A stretch of DNA of 64,000 bases, taken from positions 55,428,001 through 55,492,000 of the forward strand of contig OX597814.1 of NCBI GenBank assembly GCA_951406725.2. The letters run 5' to 3'. The DNA comes from Octopus vulgaris (Eukaryota). The notes beneath the pieces are model-generated. The model searched no databases. It had not been told where the DNA came from and saw only the letters and a program-made list of their open reading frames with translations. The stretch's first letter is position 1, and each line of letters opens with the position of its first letter. The position numbers were made by a program, and so were the translations under genes. Positions 38,231 to 51,319 of the stretch are shown one piece after another.

Positions 38231-39635
38231 TGTTTGTCCTTCGGGTTTGAAGATGACCATTGACATCATTTGGTGGAATTGCTGCTATGAGACCTGAGGT
38301 GGCTGGTGAGGCCAATCCGGGCAAGAAAGCCCCTCCCACAGGTGGGGCAGAAGTGGATAAGGGGCTGTGCTATTGGTGCAGGTGGCTCTGGCTTTCCGCA
38401 TCTGGCGTTTCTGTTCTGCTGACTGAATCCGTCTCTCCTCGGCTGTCTTTGCTCCTGTGGTGATTGCGCTGCACCAGGATGAGCGGTCGGCAGCAAGTGT
38501 CTCCCAAGTCTCTGTGCCAATGGAGAAGTCTTTGAGAGAGACTTTGAGACTGTCCTTGAAGCGCTTCTCCTGCCCTCCGACTTTGCGTTTGCCCTGGCTG
38601 AGTTCACCATAGAAGAGCTGTTTTGGGATGCGAGTGTCGGACATGCGGGAGACGTGGCCTGCCCATCTCAGCTGGGCCTTGCGCATGATTGTGATGGTGC
38701 TAGGGAGATCTGCCTGCTTCAGAACTTCCGTGTCCTGCCAGCGGATGTGAAGGAGGTTCCGAAGACACCTGAGGTGGAAGTGGTTTATCTGGCGCTCGTG
38801 CCTTCGGTAAGCAGTCCACGTCTCGCAGCCGTACAGTAGGGTGGTAAGCACGACTGCCCGGTAGACTTTCAGCTTGGTGTTGAGGTTGATTCCTCTCCGC
38901 TCCCAGACTTTCTTTCGCAGTCTCCCAAACGTGCTGCTTGCCTTGGAGATTCTGTTGATGATTTCAGCATCTATGTTGGCATTGCAGGAGAGAGTGCTGC
39001 TCAGGTAGGTGAAGTTTTCCACCGCTCATAGGATCCATCCGTTCACCTTTATCTGAGGCTCATGGTATTGTTTGCCGGGGGCTGGCTGAAACATCACTTC
39101 GGTTTTCTTGACACTGATGGTGAGACCGAAGTTGTCACAGGCTGATGAGAACCTGTCCATCCCGAGCTGCATCTCCTGCTCATCGATTGCGTTAAGGGCA
39201 AAGAGAAAGTCTCTGACGACTGTCTCCCTCACCTTTGTGATGGCCTGCAATCTTCTGGAGTTGAAAAATTTCCCGTCCGTCCTGTACTTGATGTCGATAC
39301 CGGACTTGCAGTCCCTGAAGGCGTCGGACAGCATTGCCAAGAACATGATGCTGAACAGTGTTGGGGCCAGGACACAGCCCTGCCTGACTCCGTTGGTCAC
39401 CTGGAAGACTTCAGATGAATTGCTGTCTTCAAGGACTCTGGCTGTCATTCTGTCGTGGAACTGGCAGACAATTGCAATAAATTTGCTGGGGCAACCAAAT
39501 TTTCCCATGACCTTCCAGAGTCCCTCCCGACTGACTGTATCGAAAGCTCTGGTGAGGTCAACAAAGGTCATGCAGAGGTCAAGGTGCTGTTCCATGCATT
39601 TCTCCTGGAGCTGGCGGGCGGCGAATATCATGTCA
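38231..39635 (-). mobile_element. 5'-truncated RTE-clade LINE (RT and C-terminal zinc finger)
   Basis: FVDLTRAFDTV, GVRQGCVLAPTLF, FTYLSS, LLYGCETW, QLRWAGHV and CPTCGRGF..RIGLTSH; high GC relative to the flanks. Confidence 0.95.
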
Positions 39636-39644
39636 GTGGTTCAC

Positions 39645-40020
39645 TCGTTAGACTGTGCCCATGCTGGGGCACTGTTTTGAATTTTTAGTTGAATGTAATC
39701 AACCCCAGTACTTATGTTTTAAACCTTGTACTTATTATATTGGTTTCTTTTGCCAAAGCGCTAAGTTACAGGGATCCAAATACACTAACACTAGCTGTCA
39801 AGCAGTAGTGGAGGACAAACACAGACACAAAGAAGCACACACACACATACATGCACACAACAGGCTTCTTTCAGTTTCCATCTTCAAAATCTACTCACAA
39901 TGCTTTGGTTGGTCTGAGGCTATAGCTGAAGTCACTTGCCCAAGGTGCCACACAGTGAGACTGAACCCTGAAGTATGTGGCTGAGAAGCAAGCTTCTTAC
40001 CACACAGCTATGCCTGCACC
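39645..40020 (-). mobile_element. SINE (same family as 46271-46675)
   Basis: Reverse-complement similarity to the GGCGCAGGAGTGGCTGTGTGGTAAG head and body. Confidence 0.8.
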
Positions 40021-40026
40021 TCCTTC

Positions 40027-40082
<56 letters not shown>

Positions 40083-40087
40083 TCATG

Positions 40088-41170
40088 TATTCAGAGTACA
40101 AGTAGGGGGTCCACCAAGGCTCAGTCCTCAAGCTCCTCTTGTTCATCATAGTCCTCCAGGCAATAACACCGGAATTTAAGACAGGTTGCCCCTGGGAACT
40201 CCACTATGCCGATGACCTTGCTGTTATAACTGAAATACTACTGGAACTGGAGAAGAAATTTCAGGGGAGGAAGCAAGGTCTAGAATCAAACAGCCTTAGA
40301 GTTAATCTAGCAAAGACCAAAGTCTTAGTAAGTAGGAAAGCAAACAAATCACAGATCTTTTCAGGTAGATGGCCCTGCTTGATCTGTGGAAAAGGTATAG
40401 GTAGTAACTCCATAAGATGTACCCAGTGTAAGCTATAGACACATAAGAGGTGCAGTAATATCAGAGGAACAGATATTTTCTGTATATTTGTAGTATTTGT
40501 TGTACCTGTGCCCCGGTACTACAAATACTACAGGTACAACAAATACTACAAATGTACAGAAAATAGACTTCATCAAATGCCAGTGGGGTAAACTAGAAGT
40601 AGTTGATAGCTTCTGTTATCTAGATAACCAAGTTAGTGGTGGAGGTAGATGCTCTGAGAGTGTAGCTGCAAGAATAAGAATAGGCTGGGCAAAGTTCAGA
40701 GAGCTCCTACCTCTGTTGGTAACAAAGGGCTTCTCCCTCAAAGTGAAAGGCAGATTGCATGATGCCTGAGTGTGAACAGTCATGCTACATGGCAGTGAAA
40801 CATGGGCTATGATTGTCGAGGACATGTGTAGGCTTGAAAGAAATGAAGTTAGTATGATTCGCTGGATGTTCAATGTCAGCGTGCATGTACAACGAAGTAC
40901 AAGAGTCTTGAGAGTAAAGTTGGGCATGAGGCATCAGATGTGGTGTGCAAGAGAGAGACAACTGTGTTGGCATGCATTTGATGCAGATAAATGTGGACAG
41001 CTGTTTGAAGAAGCGTCAATCTGTAACAGTGGAGGGAAGCTGTGGAAGAGGGTGACCCAGGAAGACATGGAATGAGATGGTGAAGCACGATCTTTTAACT
41101 TTGGGCGTTGCAGAGGCAATGACTAGTTTCTGAGATCTTTGGTGATATGTTGTGCTTGAGAAGGCCCGTC
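40088..41170 (+). mobile_element. 5'-truncated RTE/RTE-X LINE fragment
   Basis: GVHQGSVL, ELHYADDLAVI, LRVNLAKTKV, WPCLICGKGIGSNSIRCTQC, WAKFRELLPLL, MLHGSETW; frameshifted. Confidence 0.9.
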
Positions 41171-43008
41171 AATCCAAGTGAATTCCTTGTCATAGCTGTT
41201 ATCAGTGTCATGTAACTGGCAGCCATGTTGGTGGTATATAAAAAGCACATTTTGAGCATTGGGCCTCACGGAGGCAATGTGGTCAATGCCGGTGTCACAT
41301 AAAAAGCATCTTTTGAGCGTTGGGCTTCATGTGTATGTGTATATTTCAAGAGTTATTGCTCTTTCATTAGCTCCACATCCACCCCATTAACTATCTATGA
41401 TCGCATTGCTTAAATAGCCAAACACTATTGGATATTCATATATATAAAAGCATATATATACATACATGTCCACATACTTGCATATTTGTACCTGCATGCA
41501 TATGTACATATGCATGAATGTAAGTAATTTATTCATTATTAATTTATCTATATGGCTTTATATTTTCTTCTCATCTTATTTATTATTGATGCAAGTGATT
41601 ATGTATACATATCTGCACATGATGATGTAAGTGTAACATGGTTCTACTTGCTTGTTTTCCTTTCTGTATCAATTGACACTATATTCTCCATTGATTATTA
41701 CACCAATTGACGCCATTTTTCATCAAAAATTCATTAGTTCATTTTAATTTTCTTGTCTCACACTGTATTTTGTGAAAATTTTGTTTGAATATATGGAATT
41801 GCACAGAGATGTTTGGAAATGAATTATACAACACCTACAAATTTAAAGCATCAATTTGTAATGAAGCTAATAAAGAGTGAAAGCATAGTCTTTTTGCTAA
41901 AATTAACAATTCCATTTACATTCAACCTTTTATGATCCATTGCTTGCCTCTCCTGCATATGAAAGCTATTTTCCATTTCAGCCCATTCTGTGATCCTCTT
42001 AGATGTTCATAGTTTACATTGAGTATACCATATGGAATTCTTAGCTACTTCTTTTCTCCATGTGAAACATTACCATTTTCCCCAGTGGTAATAGAGTCCT
42101 GTCTTCCTTCCTGCTAACTAAAACTTGAATCTTTCCTAGGTTGACTTTGAGAGCTCCTACTTGTGGGATTTTCTTCCAAGTTATCTTCAGACCTCTTGAT
42201 CCTAGGATTTTCTTCCAAGTTGACACTGAAGCCTCTCAATTCTAGGTTCTGCTTCCAAGTTATTACCTCTCTAAATCTATGACAGTGTACTTCTCTTTCC
42301 TATGCATCATATATCAAAGCTTTTCAAACCAATAAAACAAGGCATCTGTGTAGTGTCTTAACCCACTAGAAATAACAAGCAAATTTCCCTCAAATTACAC
42401 CCTACCATCTTGTAACTGAACAAGTTAGAGGATGCAGTCCTAGATACACTGAAATAAAGATGGTATGGCCATGGATAAAACAAATGCCTTAGATCATAGT
42501 CTGATCAACCAGAGCTCATCTGGTTCTAAAGAATGACAATAACTGAAGCTTCATGTAAAATAGAACATTTTCATCATTATTACTATTATCACAATTATTT
42601 TAAATATAATTTTTATCAGTTTTAATTGTATAATCACTGTCATTTTAAACATTAAAATAATCACTTATTTTAAACATTATCATTATAATCTTATATTTTA
42701 CATTTCTAATGTCATTTGAATCTGTGTGTATATGTGATTGAATAATGAGTCTACATTAATACTTATACTAATATTCAGTTGGAACACGCTGTTCAGTGAA
42801 TACATTTAAAACTTGAAATAAATTGTGTGCTACTATCTCTAAACAATAAAGAAAGAAATTCAAATTTAAAGTACAGCACTTGAGATTTAGCTTAAGATAT
42901 AAGATGAACTTTTTAACAGACACTCACACACATATCTATATAAATGTATGTTTGATAAATACATATCTATACATAAATAAAAACATTAACTGAGAAATCA
43001 TTCAATAT

Positions 43009-43378
43009 GCAGGAGTGTGGTAAATAGCTTGTTTACCAGCCACATGGTTCCAGGTTCATTCCCACTGTGTGGCACCTTGGGCAAGTGTCTTCTACTATAG
43101 CCTCGGGCTGACCAAAGCCTTGTGAGTGGATTTGGTAGACGGAAACTGAAAGAAGCCCGTTGTATATATGTATATGTATGTGTGTGTATATGCTTGTGTG
43201 TCTGTGTTTGTCTCCCCAACATCGCTTGACAACCGATGGTGGTGTGTTTATGTCCCCGTAACTTAGCGGTTCGGCAAAAGAGACCGATAGAATAAGTACT
43301 AGTCCTGGGGTTTATTTGCTCGACTAAAGGCGGTGTTCCAGCATGACTGCAGTCAAATTACTGAAACAAGTAAAAGAG
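43009..43378 (+). mobile_element. tRNA-derived SINE
   Basis: Close copy of 46271-46675. Confidence 0.85.
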
Positions 43379-43745
43379 GAGTGTTAAATTTTGTTTTTAC
43401 TAAAAGTTTGACAGTAAGCTCTAAGTTATATACTAAAAATTGGTATGTGGGTGGTGTACAAAATTAAACTGTGGGTAGGATTGACAGTTAAAGTTTGATG
43501 TTGTACTGATTACCTTTTATCTTTTACTTGTTCCAGTCATTAGACTGTAGCCATGCACTGCCTTGAAGAATTTTAATCAAACTTATGCCCCTCATCCACC
43601 AGTACTTAATTTTTGTAAAGCCACGTAGTTATTCTATCAGTCTCTTTTGCCAAACCGTTAAGTTATGGGGATGTAAACACACCAACAGTGGTTGTCAAGT
43701 GGTGGTGGGAGACAAACACATACACAAAACATACATAGATACGTA

Positions 43746-44135
43746 TTCTTTTACTCTTTTACTTGTTTCAGTCATTTGATTGTGGTCATGCTGGAGCACC
43801 ACCTTTAGTCAAACAAATTGACCCCAGGACTTATTCTTTGTAAGCCTAGTACTTATTTTATCGGTCTCTTTTGCCGAACCTCTAAGTTACGGGGACCTAA
43901 ACACACCAGCATTGGTTGCCAAGCAATGTTGGGGAGACAAACACAGATACACAAACACACACACACATATACATTTGGCTTCTTCCAGTTTCCATCTACC
44001 AAATCCACTCACAAGGCTTTGGTGGGCTCAAGGCTATAGTAGAAGACACTTGCCCAAAGTGCCACGAAGTGGAACTGAACCAGGAACCATGTGGTTGGTA
44101 AGCAAGCTACTTACCACACAGCCACTCTTGCGCCT
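43746..44135 (-). mobile_element. tRNA-derived SINE, inverted relative to 43009-43378
   Basis: Reverse complement of the same SINE family. Confidence 0.85.
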
Positions 44136-44947
44136 ATATTGTCAGAAAATCATAAATCTGAAAGAAAAGCTCACTCTAAGTTACAGAGCAGTAGAATATT
44201 TAGATAAAGATAGTTATGGCTGTCTCATAACTATTTTTATCTAAATATTCTACTGCTCAAGGTTGTTTCATAGACAATCCATCGCATTTGATCTTTGTGT
44301 GTTCAAAAACTAGCCACAAGGCCTGTTTTTCCTCTATTTCAAAAAGAGGGCATAGGCCACTGCCATTAGAGTCTGAATTGATGTATTTAAAGCCAATCGC
44401 TTTATGGACACAAAATCCTGGGTAACCCTATGAACTGGCCATAACTATCTTTATCTAAATATATATCCATATTTATAAAAGGGAAATTCTGTCTGCCTGG
44501 GACCCCTGTATCTCAGTCTCCATTTTCTCTACATAGACATGTTATACCTTTTTCAAATCAGGATGATCCCATAATAGAAAATGTGCCCTTCATTTGGTTC
44601 TCAAACATCCAGCATTGGGACCTGATTTAAAAGCATTTGGGTTGCTATTTCTGGCAGGTAAAGCAATTGTGAGAGGTTTTAATGCCCACAGTACAAGAGT
44701 TACCTCCCTTAGATTTAAGTTTTACTCAGGAATTTAGTGGTTCTTTTATCTTTTTCAATCATCAGACTTCGGCCACTCTGAGGTACTGTCTTGAAGATTT
44801 TAATCAAACAAATTGAAACCAGTTCTTTCTCTTTTATGCCTGGTATTTTTTTTATTGGACTCTTTCACTGAACTCCTAAGTTATGTGAATGTAAACACAG
44901 TAACATCAGTTATCAAGCAATGGTGGGGGACAAACGCAGAAACAAAC

Positions 44948-44959
<12 letters not shown>

Positions 44960-45005
<46 letters not shown>

Positions 45006-45154
45006 CACACATATATATGTATATATATATACATACACACATATATATGTATATATATACACATACATACATATGTATATATATACATATACATATATAT
45101 ATATACATATATATATATATACATACATATATATATATACATATATATATATAC

Positions 45155-45185
<31 letters not shown>

Positions 45186-45204
45186 CATATATATATACAT
45201 ACAT

Positions 45205-45243
<39 letters not shown>
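44960..45243. repeat. (TA)n/(TACA)n microsatellite
   Basis: Directly visible. Confidence 0.98.
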
Positions 45244-45250
<7 letters not shown>

Positions 45251-45519
45251 GAGTGTATTTTACCTTGTTAACAATTAACACGGATAAATGAATGAATAGT
45301 TACCAGGGCAGCAAAAATCTCACAAGTAAAGATGTTGTAACTCCTTGTTTATAAAGGTTGAAACTTCGTGTTTACGTTGAATATTGAATAATAAATTAGC
45401 TACTTATGACGTTATATCATATAACGTTTTTTTAAACAATATTAATAGCGTTCTGTCTATCGCTATACGAATCCATCATTTTTTGCTAAAATGTCGTATT
45501 GACAAGTTTCGTTTTTTCA

Positions 45520-45604
45520 CTTTCCCGAAGAGAAGATTGCATTGTTTATACCTTTTATTCTTTTGAATAAGTATAAGTGGAATTTTTGAAACATATGTAG
45601 AAAG
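45520..45604 (+). ncRNA. Type I hammerhead ribozyme motif with extended stem II (U4>C variant)
   Basis: CTTTC-CCGAAGA-[GAAGATT..TTATAC..TTATTC TTTT GAATAA GTATAA..AATTTTT]-GAAA-CATATG-TA-GAAAG: perfect 5-bp stem I, palindromic stem III, GUA triplet. Confidence 0.7.
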
Positions 45605-45681
45605 AAAAAATACTTGTTTAAACCTGCGTTAACTCCATTTTTTATTCCTATATATATATATATATATATATACATACATAC

Positions 45682-45714
<33 letters not shown>

Positions 45715-45719
45715 CATAC

Positions 45720-45845
<126 letters not shown>

Positions 45846-45909
45846 GTATATATATATATACATATATATATATACATATATATATACAAATTGAACCAAT
45901 CCTATGACT

Positions 45910-46265
45910 GGCACCCGGCAGATGCCAGGACCCCTGGACTTGTGGTACGTAAAAAGCACTATCCGACTCGTGGCCGACGCCAGCGCCGCCTCGACTGGCT
46001 TCCGTGCCGGTGGCACGTAAATTGCACCAATCCGACCATGGCCGTTGCCAGTCTCGCCTGGCACCTGTGCGGGTGGCACGTAAAAAGCACCCACTACACT
46101 CACGGAGTGGTTGGCGTTAGGAAGGGCATCCAGCTGTAGAAACATCGCCAGATAAGACTGGAGCCTGGTGCAGCCTTCTGGCTTCCCAGATCTCCGGTCG
46201 AACTGTCCAACCCATGCTAGCATGGAGAACGGATGTTAAACAATGATGATGATGATGATGATGAT
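45910..46265 (+). mobile_element. RTE-associated repeat (GGCACGTAAAAAGCAC units, (GAT)n tail)
   Basis: The same sequence recurs at about 8100-8290, 21690-21885, 50590-50697 and 53495-53690; related units follow the RTE-X fragment at about 41200. Confidence 0.75.
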
Positions 46266-46270
46266 ATATA

Positions 46271-46674
46271 GGCGCAGGAGTGGCTGTGTGGTAAGTAGCT
46301 TGCTTACCAACCACACAGTTCCGGGTTCAGTCCCACTGCGTGGCACCTTGGGCAAGTGTCTTCTACTATAGCCTCGGGCTGACCAAAGCCTTGTGAGTGG
46401 ATTTGGTAGACAGAAACTGAAAGAAGCCCGTCGTATATATATATATGTATATATATGTGTGTGTTTGTGTGTCTGTGTTTGTCTCCCCAGCATTGCTTGA
46501 CAACCGATGCTGGTGTGTTTATGTCCCCATTACTTAGCGGTTCAGCAAAAGAGGCCGATAGGATAAGTACCAGGCTTACAAAGAATAAGTCCTGTGGTCA
46601 ATTTGCTCGACTAAAAAGGCGGTGCTCCAGCATGGCCGCAGTCAAATGACTGAAACAAGTAAAAGATAAAAGAG

Positions 46675-46675
<1 letters not shown>
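46271..46675 (+). mobile_element. tRNA-derived SINE, near full length
   Basis: A-box-like TGGCTGTGTGG and B-box-like GGTTCAGTCCC; multiple copies in the window on both strands (also about 8325-8482, 9085-9210, 46720-46880, 52270-52415). Confidence 0.88.
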
Positions 46676-46720
<45 letters not shown>

Positions 46721-46922
46721 AGGCTTTTTTCAGTTTCCATTTGCCAAATACACTCACAAGGTTTCAGTCAGCCTAAGGCTATAGTAGAAGACACTTCCCC
46801 AAGTGCCACACAGTGGGACTGAACTTGGAACTGTGTAGCTGGGAAGCTGACTTCTTACCACATAACCACACCCATACCTATGATTAGTGAATTTTGAAAT
46901 TCTTAAGTGATTGAAAACATAA

Positions 46923-47153
46923 TTAACCTTTTACATACCAACCCACCAGAAACCACCCTTTGTTCTCTGATACAAACATCATGTTTAAAACCAAATCTTA
47001 AATTAAAACCTAACAACATTTCATGCTAATTTATGATCCAAATACCAGCTAAACACTGACAAAGTCATTGTATTAAATTCTTCATAATTTTTTTAAAATA
47101 TACTAAAAAAAGGCATTGTATATCAAAAGAAATAATGGTACCAAAATGGTTAA
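46923..47153. mobile_element. TTAA-flanked MITE (piggyBac-like); related inverted copy at about 54600-54810
   Basis: TTAACCTTTT...AAAATGGTTAA termini. Confidence 0.55.
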
Positions 47154-48362
47154 GAATAGTTTGTATGTGTATGTTAGAAATTGAAGTAGAAATATTGACT
47201 GATAAAATAGTCGGACGTCTTTGTATTTAAACAGCTGGAATTTTCAGTAGCATAGTTTACCACTTGCTCATCACAACTAAAGACTTGCTTTTGCCAAAAT
47301 TACAAATGCATGAATCTCTGTCAAGTCATTAATATATGACCAGGTAAAAGTACTGGTTTATATACACTTGGCTACAATATATTCCCATATCAGCACAAGT
47401 AGTGAATCTTGGCAGCAACAAAAACTCCAGTAGTTTACTAGATGTAAAGACATGCAGATATTTGTTTATCAATAAACCAATCTATGTTTCTTCTACTTCT
47501 AGTCCCCCCATAACACTTTTCTAAGCCCAAACAACTTATTCCAATTACTTCTTTCACAAATTTCAGAAATTTATGATTCACAAAGTAGTACAACAAAATC
47601 ACACTCCAGTTATTAACTCCATCCACAAACTTTCCCATTATACCTTTATACCAAGTTTTAGCATACAACAAAGTACTTCAATGGAATTCACAGTCTGAAG
47701 AAGTCAATGATAGTGACTGGCATGAAACTTTGAGTACATATATATATATATATGGAGAGAGAAATAAATAGTCTATATCTAATTGAATGAAAGAGACATG
47801 AACTACACAAGACACATCACTGGCAACTCACCTAAGAGGGCAGTAACTTTGAATAAGACATGATACAAAGTAGACAGGGTTAATTCATCCTGTTTCAGAT
47901 AACCCTTTCTAGTGCAAATGGCACAATAAAATGCATCCAGTTCACTCTGTAAAGTCGTTGGTGATACTGTATTGATTCAGTTGTAAAAGCAATGCCATAA
48001 AAGGAAGGAGCAAGTGATAGTCTCTATAAATTGCATTGCAACCAATCCTCTTAGGTGGCAATAATTGTGATAATGAATTGATATAGGGTAGAGGGTCTCC
48101 TTAGTTATGTAATAGACTCTCACTCTAGTGCTGAAGGTATAATAAACATAGTCATTCTATACTATAAAGTGAGTGAGATGCCTCAAGACCTATCTAGTCT
48201 CTACAAGAAAACAGAAAGAATGTGAAAATGATGAGAGGAATGATGATAATATCATAAGACACACACATTTTAACATATAGTCTTCATATTCACAAATTAC
48301 ACATACACTTAAATGTGTGTGTGTGTGTTTATGTATATATATAAATAGTACTAGACTATATG

Positions 48363-48443
<81 letters not shown>

Positions 48444-48901
48444 TGTGTGTGTGTGAGTGTGTGTGCATGTGTGTGAGAAGATGCATGGCCTAGTGGTTAT
48501 GCTCATGACTCAACATCATACCTTTGATTTCTGGACTGGGCAGTGCATTGTATTCTTAATTTTACATTACTCCAGCTCACTCAGCTGTAACACAAGAAAC
48601 TGGTGAACCATTTAGGGGGAAAGTTGTTATCTCGGTAACTTATACACCATAGGAATGCAGTAACCAGTCTCATAAGTACTCGGACTCAAGACAATACTTA
48701 CTTTAGAGTACATACACCAGTTTAAGGCTGGAAAAGTACAACTGGTTCACAAACTGGAATTTGAACCCTGTGTGCATTACTTGTTGGCCAAATGTGTTAC
48801 ACACTATGCTATGAATGTTTATCATTCCATCCTGTTAAATAACATACTGCAAATATATATATCTGCAAACTAATTAGCTGCTTAGCACAAATAAGGTTAT
48901 A

Positions 48902-50169
48902 ATAATAATAATAATAATAATAATTGTGTACAGTGCTCAGGTGCACTACAACTCATCTAAAGTGTATATATAATCAGGTGAAGTTTCGGCGGATTTCGGA
49001 AAGCATGAGGGCCTTAAAAGATGCAGTGTCATGGCAGTCAACAACTGACGCAGGCAGTTTATTCCATGCTTCAGCAACTCTGAGCGTGAAAAAATGTTTC
49101 CGAAAGTCATGGGAGCTGTATTGTTTTCTGACTTTGTAGGCATGTCCACGTGTGTTAGACACATGGAGATCAAAAAGGTGTTCAGTGTTGTTGTTGGTGA
49201 GGTGGTTGATAACTTTGTGGGTGTTTACCAAGTCCGTCGCCAAACGCCGGAGCTTCAGTGAATCCATGCCCAGGGAAACAAGGCGCTCAGAATATGGTAG
49301 GTGTCTGATGGAGGGTATGCGTTTGGTTGCACGTCTCTGGACAGATTCCAGGAGGTCAATGTTCTGTGCAAGATAGGGGTTCCAAACTGATGATGCGAAT
49401 TCCAAGTGTGGTCGTACCATAGCTGTATACAGTTTTAAATAGATGGCTGGAGAGCGGCTAACAAAAGACCTGCTGAGTGATGCCAAGACACCCTCGGCCT
49501 TCCTGACAATCTTAGAGATATGCTTTGACCAACGCAAATCACTGCTGACAGTGATGCCTAGGTCACGCTCGCAAGAGGATTTCTTGATATCAGTGTTGTG
49601 GAGGGAGTATGTGAACGCAGGGTTTTTTCTCCCAAAATGCATGGTGGTACACTTGTCCACAGCCAGTTTCAGTTGCCAGTCTGTGATCCATTGCTGCATT
49701 GTGTCTAGGTCTGATTGCAGGAAAGAGTTGTAGACATCAGGATCTGTCCTCTTGATTTCAAGGTACAGCTTGATGTCGTCTGCATATTTCAATACTGTGG
49801 CATTCTTTAAATTGGCATCTATGTCGTTAATGTATGCCACAAACAAGAGGGGGCCAAGGACAGATCCCTGTGGTACACCCGATGACATCTCATATGGTGT
49901 AGAGTGCTGTCCTAGAACTGTGACTACCTCCTTTCGGCTGAGGATGAAGGATTTCAACCAGTTAAAAAGGTCATCCCCCACACCCATTGCAGAGAGTTTC
50001 ACCATAAGCCTTTTGTGTGGCACAGAGTTGAAAGCCTTAGCAAAGTCAAGGTAGACAACATCCACCCATGAGCCACTGTCAGTAATCTGAGTAATGTCCT
50101 CAAGGAACTCGACAAGCTGGTCACTGCAGCTGGAGTTAGGGACAAATCCATATTGTGAGGGTCGGATGA
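48902..50169 (-). mobile_element. Young 5'-truncated CR1-group LINE with an uninterrupted RT ORF and (ATT)n tail
   Basis: Open frame from QYGFVP through YLDFAKAFNSVPH, GVPQGSVLGPLLF, KYADDIKL and ERDLG to the stop at 48974; tail 48902-48924; probable TSD GTTATA (48896-48901 / 50170-50175). Confidence 0.95.
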
Positions 50170-50471
50170 GTTATATATACTACTAATGTCTATCACAACA
50201 AAATGTCATACTATGTGGCAAGAATTAACCTAAGAATAGAAACAAATTATATACTGTTAGTGATGGTAAACATTTACAGTAATTAATTTGAGATGATGGA
50301 GTAGCAAGTATCTTGCAGTTATTGGTAATATGGTAGTCCAGCAAGTGATAAACAGGAGGTGAGTCCCAACAGTAAGTTAGTACTTATATTTCTGTATCAA
50401 ATTGGTGCATGTAATATCTAATAGTCATATATAAATATATAATTATTAATATTTATTTTATATATCATATG

Positions 50472-50516
<45 letters not shown>

Positions 50517-51100
50517 ATAATAAAACAGGATTTAAAAGTCTAGGCAGATATCAATAAAACACTTAGTCTTAAATGAATTTGGTGAACTATATCAGACTGG
50601 AGCCTGGTGCAGCCTTCTGGCTTCCCAGACCCCCGTCGAACCGTCCAACCCATGCTAGCATGGAAAATGGACGTTAAACGATGATGATGATGATGATATC
50701 AATGACACTGGTAAACGCTAGTAGAAAACACATCTAAGGTAATTCCCCATCTATGACAAGTGGATCCAAATATCATTTAGAAGAGTTTTCAGAAATTCAG
50801 AGTATTAGATGACAAAAATACAGCTAGAGAAAATCACATCTTTAATTGTAGAATTCACCATACAAAACCAACAATCATTTCTGTTGCATCAACATATGTA
50901 GATAAGAAAAATATCATTCTAATTAATATATCTGAAAAAATGTTGACACAATATTTTCAAGGTAATTCTGACTCTGATAATACAGTTTAGTTAACACTTA
51001 CTTTTAATATTAATTATAATAATAATAATAATCTGCCTCGACACCTAATTCTGAGTGGAGGACTAATAGAAATTCTTTCAACCATTAATACCAAATACAA

Positions 51101-51319
51101 ATGACTAAATGTCTGTGTAATTGTAAAAACAAAACTGTTTGTCCTTTAGAAAATCAGTGTTTAAGGAAAAATATAGTGTATCAATGTAAGGCAATAACAG
51201 GGGATTATAAGTATTATTACATAGGTTCATCTGCTACAATTTGGAAATTTAGATTTTATGATCATTCTCACTCATTTAAGCATAGAAGAAAAGGTAATTC
51301 TACAAATCTTGGTAAATGA
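51101..51319 (+). pseudogene. Penelope-like element GIY-YIG endonuclease fragment (Neptune-type Cys-rich linker)
   Basis: CNCKNKTVCPLENQCL..NIVYQC....YYIGSS...WKFRFYDHSHSF...NSTNLGK. Confidence 0.85.

Noticed and set aside
39108-39680. ORFs antisense to LINE and pol ORFs (also 36761-37288, 49152-50054, 4043-4579)
   Set aside because: Shadow ORFs on the opposite strand of reverse-transcriptase or integrase coding sequence.
42160-42265. Three ~40-bp units ending CTTCCAAGTT
   Set aside because: Local tandem duplication inside a decayed minus-strand RTE-X fragment; no sign of function.
45940-46095. Regularly spaced GGCACGTAAAAAGCAC units resembling a CRISPR array
   Set aside because: Eukaryotic context, degenerate units, related spacers and no cas genes; part of an RTE-associated repeat.
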